Shown here one piece after another: positions 1 to 7,556 of a stretch of DNA of 16,729 nt; position 1 is the first letter of the stretch, and each line of letters begins with the position of its first letter. The stretch lies in the IMG/VR virus record IMGVR_UViG_2619619126_000011, one strand, 5' to 3'. Source of the DNA: a virus. Lineage: Duplodnaviria > Heunggongvirae > Uroviricota > Caudoviricetes. Position numbers and translations under genes: made by a program. The notes below the pieces were generated by a model. The model was not told the origin of the DNA and ran no database searches. It worked only from the letters and a program-made list of their open reading frames with translations.

Positions 1-163
1 CTAACTTAAGGGTTGAACCATCTGAAGAATGCGACGCCTCGGTGCCTCGTTAAGACGATGCCTCGCGTTCTTCAATTGCGTTTTGTAGGCTGTCAGGGAT
101 ACTGTCCCACGAATGGCCACCTGTAAGCTCCAGATGACCATTTTTGTTATTCTCCACAACGAG

Positions 164-1276
164 TTAGTTCTTCTTTTCGGATCCGGCACTTCTGGGGGGG
201 AAATCCAGCGATGGCTGGATTATGTCGTCAATTAAAAATGCGGCGAGTAGATTAGCAAATATCCACGCTTTCGCGAGTTCAGGTTCCTTTGCACGCAAAG
301 CATCCAGGTGCAGCAAACTTTTGAGCCGCTTAAAAGCCAGTTCAATTTGCCATCGCAGACGGTAACAATCAGCCACTTGCTCTGCTGAATATTCATCTTC
401 CGGTAATGATGTTAGCAATAGCACATGGCCCGCTGCTTCCAGCGTTTCCGCCTGAACTACTCGTCCTTTTCGACGATTCTCGCTGAGCAGTCGGGTTTTA
501 CTGATTAATGCTTTTTCGGGAGGAAGTGATACGGCAATGAGACGTGCCGGAAAGGGAGCTCCGGCTTTTTTATTACCTGAATTGCCTATCATTACAGTGG
601 TTTCACCGTTCTTACCGCAATCCAGCCCGCGCAGAAAACCCATCATGTCAAAGCGCATTCCTTCTGCAGTTAACCAGCGCAATCCTCGCCAGTGAACCCG
701 GACGATATAATCAGCTTCTCCAAAAGCAAGTGAGCGGATACATTCGGGACGCGAACCGAATCCCCGGTCAGCAATGCGTATCTCGTCTGCCGTTTGCGCA
801 AATCGGTCCAGCCGTTCAGCGTCTCTGCTGTCGGTTAGCTCAAAATCAGTGAACTGACAGGTATGAGGATCATATCCCATATGTAGTCGCCATTCAGCGC
901 TGCCGCCCCCGGGCGCACTGATTGCTGTTCCATCGACAAGACGCAATCTCTTTCCGCTTGTACAACCCGTAACTGCGGCGCGTACAGCAAGTGTTTGTGC
1001 GGCAAGTATGCCAAACCAGTCGGCGGCATTCCGCAGCCGCTTCAGGAGAGCCACGTCAGATAATGTTGCAACGTCATGGAGCTGAGCCCATGCAGTGACT
1101 TCACGTAATGACATCCCCCCGGGGCCGTAAGCCAGCCCCAGACGTAGCAGAGTTGCAGCATCACGAATTTCGCGGCGGCGGGTTAGAGCCCCGGCATTAC
1201 GTGCCGAAGTATCCAGTTCTTCGGGCTTACCAATATGGGCCAGAATTGCTGACCAGTTATCGTGAGAGTAATTCAT
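164..1276 (-). CDS. insL: IS186 transposase InsL (IS4-family DDE transposase), 370 aa
   Basis: ORF starting at ATG 1276 (MNYSHDNWSAILAHIGKPEELDTSARNAGAL...), matching the InsL N-terminus as I recall it. C-terminal YRLRWQIELAFKRLKS fits the IS4-family Y-R-E-K signature. The ORF-track start at GTG 1282 is two codons upstream. Confidence 0.9.
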   Translation of the reverse strand: MNYSHDNWSAILAHIGKPEELDTSARNAGALTRRREIRDAATLLRLGLAYGPGGMSLREVTAWAQLHDVATLSDVALLKRLRNAADWFGILAAQTLAVRAAVTGCTSGKRLRLVDGTAISAPGGGSAEWRLHMGYDPHTCQFTDFELTDSRDAERLDRFAQTADEIRIADRGFGSRPECIRSLAFGEADYIVRVHWRGLRWLTAEGMRFDMMGFLRGLDCGKNGETTVMIGNSGNKKAGAPFPARLIAVSLPPEKALISKTRLLSENRRKGRVVQAETLEAAGHVLLLTSLPEDEYSAEQVADCYRLRWQIELAFKRLKSLLHLDALRAKEPELAKAWIFANLLAAFLIDDIIQPSLDFPPRSAGSEKKN

Positions 1277-1308
1277 CGGCACGTTAAATCATATCAGGCG
1301 TAATACCA

Positions 1309-1331
1309 CAACCCTTAAGTTAGCGCTTATG
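1309..1331. repeat. IS186 right terminal inverted repeat
   Basis: 1309-1323 is a perfect reverse complement of window positions 1-15; extension to 1331 is inferred because the partner bases lie outside the window. Confidence 0.65.
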
Positions 1332-1353
1332 GGATTTCTCCCCGCCGGTCCTC

Positions 1354-1509
1354 TTACTCCCCAAGTTCGTAAGCTGTGAAGACAGCGACCTCCGTCTGGT
1401 CGGTTCGGATTCGTACCTCGCAGAGGTCTTTCCTCGTTACCAGTACCGTCACTATAACGGTTAAACAGATGACGATCAGGGCGACTAACATCGCCTTTTG
1501 CTGCTTCAT
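1354..1509 (-). CDS. Hok/Gef-family type I toxin (small membrane-depolarising peptide), 51 aa
   Basis: MKQQKAMLVALIVICLTVIVTVLVTRKDLCEVRIRTDQTEVAVFTAYELGE: one TM helix followed by the conserved RKDLCEV and TEVAVFTAYE motifs of HokC/HokD (RelF) as I recall them. ATG at 1509 is preceded by an AGGAGAAG RBS. Confidence 0.85.
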   Translation of the reverse strand: MKQQKAMLVALIVICLTVIVTVLVTRKDLCEVRIRTDQTEVAVFTAYELGE

Positions 1510-1566
1510 AGCCTGCTTCTCCTTGCCTTTCGGCACGTAAGAGGCTAACCTACATGTGCAAAGCAT
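1354..1566 (-). CDS. mok-like reading frame (in-frame upstream extension of hok, needed for hok translation in hok/sok systems)
   Basis: 70-codon frame MLCTCRLASYVPKGKEKQAMKQQ... with the same layout I recall for K-12 MokC, where Hok is the C-terminal 50 residues. The frame begins with a non-ATG start at 1566. Confidence 0.45.
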   Translation of the reverse strand: MLCTCRLASYVPKGKEKQAMKQQKAMLVALIVICLTVIVTVLVTRKDLCEVRIRTDQTEVAVFTAYELGE

Positions 1567-1768
1567 GAAATTGGCCTCAGATTAATGTTAAGCGTCTTGC
1601 CGGATGCGTAATGTTAACTGGGGCTTTTCTCTATCTGCCTTTGATGTTCATGCCCGAGGCAGATAGCCTCAAGTATCCGCAGCTATTTGTCTGCTGTTAC
1701 CACCTACCTGCGCCAATCACTGACTCTACAAAGATCTATCCGCGATAACATTTTGAGTTTAAGAACTT

Positions 1769-1797
1769 TTGCGTACGCACCAAAAGATGCATATACT
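1769..1797 (+). promoter_or_regulatory. Putative sigma70 promoter for the two-gene operon (TTGCGT -35, 17-bp spacer, TATACT -10)
   Basis: TTGCGT at 1769-1774 and TATACT at 1792-1797, about 40 bp upstream of the GGAG RBS and ATG at 1839. Sequence pattern only. Confidence 0.3.
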
Positions 1798-1838
1798 AGA
1801 CTAGTCATAGTTCTAATCTGCTTGATTATGGAGTCAGG

Positions 1839-2897
1839 ATGAGTTTCCTTTCTGAACAAGACGTACAAAATTTAGTCATTAATAAAATGATCTTTCACGT
1901 TGTAGGTAAGAATCTTGAAGCACCGACACTTCTCAAAGAAATAAAACCAGTTCAGCATGTGGATTTTTTTCTTGAACGTATCAAATCTTCACTGAAAGGA
2001 AATCTTTTCACTTTTCTGGAGAATTCAAATACCGAAAGAATCCTGCGTATCATTAGAGATAAAGCAGATGCTGAAGCTAATTGTTTTACAGAACAATCGA
2101 AGCTACTGGCCAGTGATTTTCAGTCACACCATTCTAGCGGTAACACGAGTATGGGATGCTTTTTCTTATTTGAATTGGTTTCAGATAAGGAAAAATTCTA
2201 TGCAATTATAAAATACGATAATGAAGATGTGGTTCGTTATGTTCTTGACGAAAAGTTATCTGAAGAACAAATGCCTACTTTAGAAAGATTTCATGAAACT
2301 TTCGTAAAAAAAGCTGAGGCAATGCAAAAAATAGCGTTAATTCAACTTGATCCAAGTGGGAAAGGCGGGAAAGTTATTGTAAAAGACAGGAGTAAAAGAA
2401 CCAATATTTCAGGATATTTTAAAGGCTTCTTAAATGTTAAAAGAGTCAACTCTGAAATTGAACTTTGCAATAAGCTTATTGATGCGCTGAAAATAACCTT
2501 CAAAAGGCATAAAGAATTATTGCCAGAGTCAATTCAAAAAAGCGGCGTAAATAAAATATATGAAGTTTTAAGCAGAGCTGATTTCGAATATAATCCTGAA
2601 GATGCTTCTCCGTTATTGACCAGCATTTTTGGGCCGTTAGATGAAAAATCACCAATTCTCAACACATTCAAAACTCAAACAAAAAATGCTGGTATTGAAG
2701 GCGAATCCTTTACTATAAAAGCAGATGGCATTCATAAACCACCAAGACGAAAAATTGAAACTGCAGAAAGTGTAGTAATTAGTTATAATGAAGATGACCG
2801 TCCAGAAATAAGAAACTTAGATGATGGGCGAAAACAAATTATTGTTACTACTGCGAGGATTATTACTGATGACATCGATACTTCAAAAAATCGATGA
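1839..2897 (+). CDS. Hypothetical protein, 352 aa, soluble; gene A of the low-GC two-gene operon, with a tentative by-eye resemblance to the NdpA/YejK (NA37) nucleoid-associated protein family
   Basis: ATG at 1839 preceded by GGAG (1830-1833). The long ORF is about 30% G+C, sampled by hand on 60-nt lines. No catalytic motif recognised. The NdpA resemblance rests on short patterns such as G-F-LF and Y-FKG and is not a search result. Confidence 0.8.
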   Translation: MSFLSEQDVQNLVINKMIFHVVGKNLEAPTLLKEIKPVQHVDFFLERIKSSLKGNLFTFLENSNTERILRIIRDKADAEANCFTEQSKLLASDFQSHHSSGNTSMGCFFLFELVSDKEKFYAIIKYDNEDVVRYVLDEKLSEEQMPTLERFHETFVKKAEAMQKIALIQLDPSGKGGKVIVKDRSKRTNISGYFKGFLNVKRVNSEIELCNKLIDALKITFKRHKELLPESIQKSGVNKIYEVLSRADFEYNPEDASPLLTSIFGPLDEKSPILNTFKTQTKNAGIEGESFTIKADGIHKPPRRKIETAESVVISYNEDDRPEIRNLDDGRKQIIVTTARIITDDIDTSKNR

Positions 2898-4302
2898 GTC
2901 TATACAGGCGTCAAGGAAAGACCCTGAATTTTTGGCATCAGAATCAATAAAAAATGATTCTGCGCGCGTTCTAATTTCTGCCAAAATGGACAAAGATGCA
3001 CTCATTCTTTGGCAGTACGTTTACGAAAACGTACCAAATTGGATTGAAATTACTGTTAAAGATGACTGTAATGATGAAGTAAAACCATCGTCATGCAGTG
3101 AAGGTGATAAACTTAACATTACGCTAAAATGCATTGCATTCGAAAATAACAGGTATATTTTTACGCTCGAAGGGTGGAATGTTTTTCTACACAATGATGA
3201 TTTAGTATCAATAACCAATAAAGTGAATATTCTCGGTTTGAAACATGGATTTGAAACTTTAGGATATTCTGTTGAGCCATGGAACCATGCTCCAGAAAAA
3301 ATTGAATCTAATGAAACCGTACGAACTTCAATCAATTTACAGAGCTACGTTAAATTCTATTCTAGTGAGTTCATGCCTGCATCTGATATAGCTCCTTGGG
3401 TACTTTATAAAATGCCTGAGGCAGAGGACAACTTTTTCAAAAAATGGTTACAAGTTTCCTGCAATATGCTTTGTCGCACTCTCGTTAATGAATTATTAGC
3501 AGATGAAAAGAAATCAATTTGTTTAACTGGAAAGCCACCAAAAAAATTAATTTATGGAGATCCAGACATTCTGCTTTCCGACTATTCAGTTTTACAAACT
3601 GTAATAAACTGGATCTTTATTGAGGGCAATGAGATTGAACTCAAACATACTTTCTTCACAAGTGAGTTAGCACGAGAATGGCCAGAGTATGTATCCTTCT
3701 GTGAGGGTTTACCAAAAAAACTCCCTATGGCCTTTGAGTCAGCAAAATTACTATATAAGGCCCACATTCGCGCTAGCAGCAGAGAGACTATTAAATCTCT
3801 GTCCGATCTAAGGAAAACCTTAGCTGAAGACACGCAAAAAATAATAAGTCAGTCTAAAGACATCACATCCGCTCTTTGGAAAGATCTGGCTCTGGTTATA
3901 AGTCTATTTGCAATAAAATATGCGCTAGACGCATCAAAGATTAATATAACCAATAACATATTCCCATATATGTTCTTCGCGTTATCTATATATATTTTTA
4001 TATCTCAGGTTACAACTCTCTTCATAAATAAAAATTACTTTAAGATACTTGATAATACTAGGCTAGTCTGGAGAGATAAACTATATGGTTTTCTTGATGA
4101 TACTGACTATGAGAATCTTGCAGTCACACCATTAAGAGAAGCATACAAAGCTTATCAGATTATAGCCACATTCGTTGTGATTCTGACTTTGCTGATTTCA
4201 TTTATAATGATCATATTAGGATTCTCAATGCTTGATGAACATGCTACGAATGCAATTACCTCTTGGCTCAGTTCTCACTTAATCAATAGTTACTGTAGTT
4301 AA
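2869..4302 (+). CDS. Hypothetical protein, ~477 aa, with a soluble N-terminal region and 2-3 C-terminal transmembrane helices; gene B of the operon
   Basis: Start ATG 2869 is chosen for the GAGGA 9 nt upstream; it overlaps the gene A stop by 29 nt. The alternative start is ATGATG at 2821. Hydrophobic stretches LALVISLFAIKYAL, IFPYMFFALSIYIFISQVTTLFI and YQIIATFVVILTLLISFIMIILGFSML lie near the C-terminus. AT-rich like gene A. Confidence 0.8.
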   Translation: MTSILQKIDESIQASRKDPEFLASESIKNDSARVLISAKMDKDALILWQYVYENVPNWIEITVKDDCNDEVKPSSCSEGDKLNITLKCIAFENNRYIFTLEGWNVFLHNDDLVSITNKVNILGLKHGFETLGYSVEPWNHAPEKIESNETVRTSINLQSYVKFYSSEFMPASDIAPWVLYKMPEAEDNFFKKWLQVSCNMLCRTLVNELLADEKKSICLTGKPPKKLIYGDPDILLSDYSVLQTVINWIFIEGNEIELKHTFFTSELAREWPEYVSFCEGLPKKLPMAFESAKLLYKAHIRASSRETIKSLSDLRKTLAEDTQKIISQSKDITSALWKDLALVISLFAIKYALDASKINITNNIFPYMFFALSIYIFISQVTTLFINKNYFKILDNTRLVWRDKLYGFLDDTDYENLAVTPLREAYKAYQIIATFVVILTLLISFIMIILGFSMLDEHATNAITSWLSSHLINSYCS

Positions 4303-4329
4303 TTTAAGGCGAGAGAAACTCGCCTTAAA
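4303..4329. terminator. Hairpin between the convergent gene B and Q-like gene (11-bp stem TTTAAGGCGAG / CTCGCCTTAAA, 5-nt loop)
   Basis: Perfect inverted repeat seen directly, lying between the gene B stop (4300-4302) and the Q-like stop (4333-4335). No clean U-tract follows the GC core on either strand, so intrinsic terminator function is uncertain. Confidence 0.4.
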
Positions 4330-4332
4330 AAA

Positions 4333-4851
4333 TCAACGGTAATAGATACAACCTGCAATAAATCCCATTGCCATTTGCATTTTTTTCCTTATTTTACCAT
4401 CTGAACATTCGTTTATCTTAGCTAAACAACGCAATGAAACTCCCATAACAAAATGAGCGATAATTAACTCATAGTCATCTATCCTATATTGTTTAAGCCT
4501 CAACATGCAGGTATCAATTATACCCCCTTCATCATTGCTGCACTGACGACGTGATTTTTTACCATGAGGAACAACATTTTTATATTTATCAGCTATTTCC
4601 TGCCAATCAATAGAACTATTTTCAGCTACAGCCCAGGCTCCCCAACCGTCCAAAATATCATATATATTAGCATTGCTATCTACCTGTTTTTTATATTCTT
4701 TTTTGAATCGCGCAAGAAGCATCCTAGCCATCGTTATTATTTCTATACTTGTAACTGATTCATAAGCATCAGGAGAAATAATTCTCCCATCACTTAATGC
4801 CCCATCACTAAGATTTGCTATTTCCAATAATCGTTCTTTAGTTATTTCCAT
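4333..4851 (-). CDS. Phage late antitermination protein Q family (QuuD-like), 172 aa, with an N-terminal extension
   Basis: WGAWA...RRQCSNDEGGIID...YELIIAHFVMGVSLRCLAK..CSDGKIRKKMQMAMGFI aligns by eye to E. coli QuuD as I recall it (WGAWA, RPQC and CSDG.IGKRLQ motifs). ATG 4851 has a GGAG RBS. Unlike the flanking prophage genes it is about 33% G+C. Confidence 0.65.
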   Translation of the reverse strand: MEITKERLLEIANLSDGALSDGRIISPDAYESVTSIEIITMARMLLARFKKEYKKQVDSNANIYDILDGWGAWAVAENSSIDWQEIADKYKNVVPHGKKSRRQCSNDEGGIIDTCMLRLKQYRIDDYELIIAHFVMGVSLRCLAKINECSDGKIRKKMQMAMGFIAGCIYYR

Positions 4852-5011
4852 TATTATCTCCACCGCCTTTTCGGGCGGCCTCCTGATGATTTGAGAGTGC
4901 AGGAATTCCTCCGGTTAAGGACTCTATTTTATTCACAGTGCTGAATTTAATTATTCAGATTTGGGTTATGCTTTCTCTTTCACTTCACCAAGTTCCGATT
5001 ATTAATTTGGC

Positions 5012-5434
5012 TCACAACAGCACCTCTTGAAAGTTTCCCCGATAAAACGCCAGTACACGCTGCATAACTTCTCTTTTACGGCACTCACTACAAATTATAT
5101 TATGACGCCTGTCGTAACGACGTATTTCTCCGTCAGATAACGAGCAGATAAGGTCAGGATCAACCATAACCGGTTCCTTCGACTTTGCACTCGAGAGTTT
5201 TTTGCTGGCGTTTTGCCAGTCTTTACGTGCCTGCTCAGACGGGAATAACCCGTAGCCAGAGTTGTATACGTAACCACTCGAAACCAGCTCTTTGGCGAGA
5301 ATACTTATCAGATATCTGGTTGCCCCTGTTTTAGCTTCCAGTTGTCGTAACGTCTCTCGCTCACTCTGGCGTACGAGATCAACAATCTGCCCTTTAATTT
5401 TTTCTCGCTCTTCCTGTGTTAATACTTTTGCCAT
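5012..5434 (-). CDS. Hypothetical prophage protein, 140 aa, with possible HTH and a C-terminal CxxC
   Basis: ATG at 5434 preceded by a strong GGGGAGGG RBS and tightly packed behind the upstream gene. The ORF-track start at 5500 would overlap that gene, so the internal Met is preferred. Confidence 0.7.
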   Translation of the reverse strand: MAKVLTQEEREKIKGQIVDLVRQSERETLRQLEAKTGATRYLISILAKELVSSGYVYNSGYGLFPSEQARKDWQNASKKLSSAKSKEPVMVDPDLICSLSDGEIRRYDRRHNIICSECRKREVMQRVLAFYRGNFQEVLL

Positions 5435-5450
5435 AAGCCCTCCCCTAGAA

Positions 5451-6176
5451 TCACTTTTCCGACACAATACGACTGGAGGAATCGACAATCTGACGGACAA
5501 TATCCTGGTGCTTGTTCAGCTCACGCAGCGCGGCGCAGACTCGCTCCCACTTCTGGACATAACTTTTCGCCCGGCGCAGTTCGCGGTTTGCCATTTGCAG
5601 CGATGGTATAATCAGGTCATTGGCTCGCGTTTCAGTGAACGATGGTAGTGACTGCACAATGTCCCCCACAGTATCTGTTTTAATTTCTTCCTGTGTTGCC
5701 GCTTCCTGTACTGGTAACGCAACACCGGCTGGCTGAGGAAAGCCTTTACCAGGTGTTTTCACTACCGATACAACTTTCGGCTCTGCTGGTAAATTACCGT
5801 CCGGCAGGCAGTAACGAAATTTACCGTTCTGATTTACGCGAATCAGACGACCTTTGCTGATGGCCATAGCCAGCGATGAGTTCACCCTGCGGGAAGTAAT
5901 TCTGAATATCAGTGCAAGTTCATCAGCCGCTTTAGGGCCATGCTGTTCAATCGCCTCGATCAGCATTTGCGCTGTCACTTTAGAAGCCTGTGCTACAGAT
6001 GCGTTTTCGTCGGTTTGAGTCAACCACCACATCGGGCCCTTGTTATCAGCTTCCCCACGACGCTTCAGTTTCCACAGCTCGTTAATCGCCTCATCCCGGG
6101 TCATTCCCAGACGTGCTGCCACTTCCTGGGAAGAGGCTTTTCCCATTGCTTTCAGTGCGTCAAAAACGGTCTCCAT
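5451..6176 (-). CDS. Hypothetical prophage protein, 241 aa, with an N-terminal winged-helix-like segment; sits in the ydaW/nin-equivalent position
   Basis: ATG at 6176 preceded by a GGGAGG RBS, 22 bp after the ydaV stop. SSQEVAARLGMTRDEAINELWKLKRRG looks HTH-like. Confidence 0.75.
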   Translation of the reverse strand: METVFDALKAMGKASSQEVAARLGMTRDEAINELWKLKRRGEADNKGPMWWLTQTDENASVAQASKVTAQMLIEAIEQHGPKAADELALIFRITSRRVNSSLAMAISKGRLIRVNQNGKFRYCLPDGNLPAEPKVVSVVKTPGKGFPQPAGVALPVQEAATQEEIKTDTVGDIVQSLPSFTETRANDLIIPSLQMANRELRRAKSYVQKWERVCAALRELNKHQDIVRQIVDSSSRIVSEK

Positions 6177-6198
6177 TAAAATTTCCTCCCGGTAAAAA

Positions 6199-6945
6199 TT
6201 ACTTCTCAATTCCTGGCTGACCAACATTCGGGCGCCAGCTCTCCCAGTTAAAATTCACCCATCGCCCGCCGTTCATGGTCATCCGATCCATAATCCTCTC
6301 GCCGAGCAATGTTTTCATGGCCTCATAGTTCAGGTTTGTCAGCATCCCCACGCTGCGGATCGACGCTGTCCGGCGATCAACAATCTGGTGCAGTACCACC
6401 TGCTCGTTTTTTGTCTCGCGCTGAATGCCAATTTCATCAAGAACCAGCAGATCCACTTCGCACAGTTCCCGCAAAAATTTTTCGCCTGATTGCCCGTCGT
6501 CATAGCTGGCGTGTAGAGCACTCATAACATCAGCCACGGTAACCACAATCACTGTCTGACCGTTTTTCAGCAGGCGATTCCCGATAGCCGCCGCCAGATG
6601 GTTTTTTCCGGTACCAGGTTTTCCGCTAAACGCAAAATTTGTACACCCGACCATCAGTTCATCGGCGATGGATTTCGCCTGGCTCAACGCGTATCGCTGG
6701 CCGTCGTTCTGCACCTGGTAATTCGAAAACGAGCATTTGCGGTGCAACGGCTGGATGCCGGAGCGATTCAGAATTTTTTCCACCCGCAACTGACGATTCT
6801 GGCGATTGATCTCCTCGCAACGTTTCTGGCCTTCTGCAAGTTGCCACTCGCGCCACTCCGCCACCGTCCTGAATGGCGCGGTTACATGTGGCGGGGCCAG
6901 TCTGCGGATACGTTCCAGAACGCCGCCTGTCGCAATATTTTTCAT
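6199..6945 (-). CDS. ydaV: DnaC/IstB-like AAA+ helicase loader (Rac YdaV), 248 aa
   Basis: Walker A GKPGTGKNHLAAAIG and Walker B-like DLLVLDEIG. Length and position match K-12 Rac ydaV. GGGGG RBS upstream of ATG 6945. Confidence 0.9.
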   Translation of the reverse strand: MKNIATGGVLERIRRLAPPHVTAPFRTVAEWREWQLAEGQKRCEEINRQNRQLRVEKILNRSGIQPLHRKCSFSNYQVQNDGQRYALSQAKSIADELMVGCTNFAFSGKPGTGKNHLAAAIGNRLLKNGQTVIVVTVADVMSALHASYDDGQSGEKFLRELCEVDLLVLDEIGIQRETKNEQVVLHQIVDRRTASIRSVGMLTNLNYEAMKTLLGERIMDRMTMNGGRWVNFNWESWRPNVGQPGIEK

Positions 6946-7348
6946 GGTCAGTTACCCCCTGAAGCCTGGCGGGATCGCACTGTCCGGAAACGAGACAGTG
7001 TTAACCTGTCGGAGCAACGTCTCAGGCCGAACACTTTTCGGCGCGAACAAGCCCTGGTATTCATTGGCGATGCTGTGTCGAATCACCTGCTCAGGGGTAA
7101 AACCCTGCTGGCGGAATTTTTCCAGTTCCCGTATCGCCCCGTTAGCGCCCTGCTCCGTTCGAATCGGTTTTCGCAATGCCTGCCTGAACTGGACCCACTC
7201 ATTCCAGAGTGTTTCTGGCAACCAGTCGGGCAGAGCAATGGCCTCCGGCTCGAATTGTTTAGACGCTCGTTTTTGCCGAGGGGGATTTAGGGGGAGATCA
7301 GTATTTATATCTTCCTCTTCCTCTGGTAACGCTTTTTGATCCGTTTGT

Positions 7349-7367
7349 GTAACGCTGGCAGCGTTAC
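7349..7367. repeat. 19-bp palindrome GTAACGCTGGCAGCGTTAC (copy 1 of 3)
   Basis: Seen directly; lies inside the ydaU coding region. Confidence 0.8.
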
Positions 7368-7556
7368 CTTTTCGCTTCAGTTCGCGTATTTTTGTAACTC
7401 TCTCGTTTGTAACCGCCCGTTTTTTTCGAGCTTTTTCCGTTATGACGCTCAAAGTTTGGTAGTGAAAGCACTCCATCACTTTCGACCAGCCATCCAACCT
7501 GAATTAACGCATCAGCAAAACCAGCCATAAAAGTGATACGGTCTATTGCACTTTTT

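Larger units (their letters stand above)
1..1331 (-). mobile_element. IS186 (IS4 family) insertion sequence, partial; left terminus cut by the window edge
   Basis: Window bases 1-15 (CTAACTTAAGGGTTG) are the exact reverse complement of 1309-1323 (CAACCCTTAAGTTAG), giving terminal inverted repeats around a single 370-aa transposase ORF. Extending the right IR to ~1331 makes the element about 1.34 kb, the size I recall for IS186; the exact right boundary is uncertain by a few bp. Confidence 0.85.

Noticed and set aside
544-1029. ORF-track frames inside IS186 (544..852 plus strand, 835..1029 minus strand)
   Set aside because: Embedded in or antisense to the insL transposase, with no RBS and no recognisable product; treated as chance frames.
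2821-2868. Earlier ATGATG start for gene B
   Set aside because: No Shine-Dalgarno match upstream and a 77-nt overlap with gene A; the ATG at 2869 has a GAGGA RBS. Not excluded.
4303-4329. Canonical bidirectional rho-independent terminator
   Set aside because: The stem is strong but neither strand has a U-tract directly after the GC-rich stem, so it is kept only as a low-confidence hairpin feature.
6309-7339. Plus-strand ORFs (72-230 aa) overlapping ydaV and ydaU
   Set aside because: Antisense to the DnaC-like and initiator-like genes, with no independent support.
7420-7426. Programmed ribosomal frameshift in ydaU
   Set aside because: Fusion requires a +1 shift on a plain A7 run with no obvious stimulatory structure; a mutation or a homopolymer sequencing error is more parsimonious.
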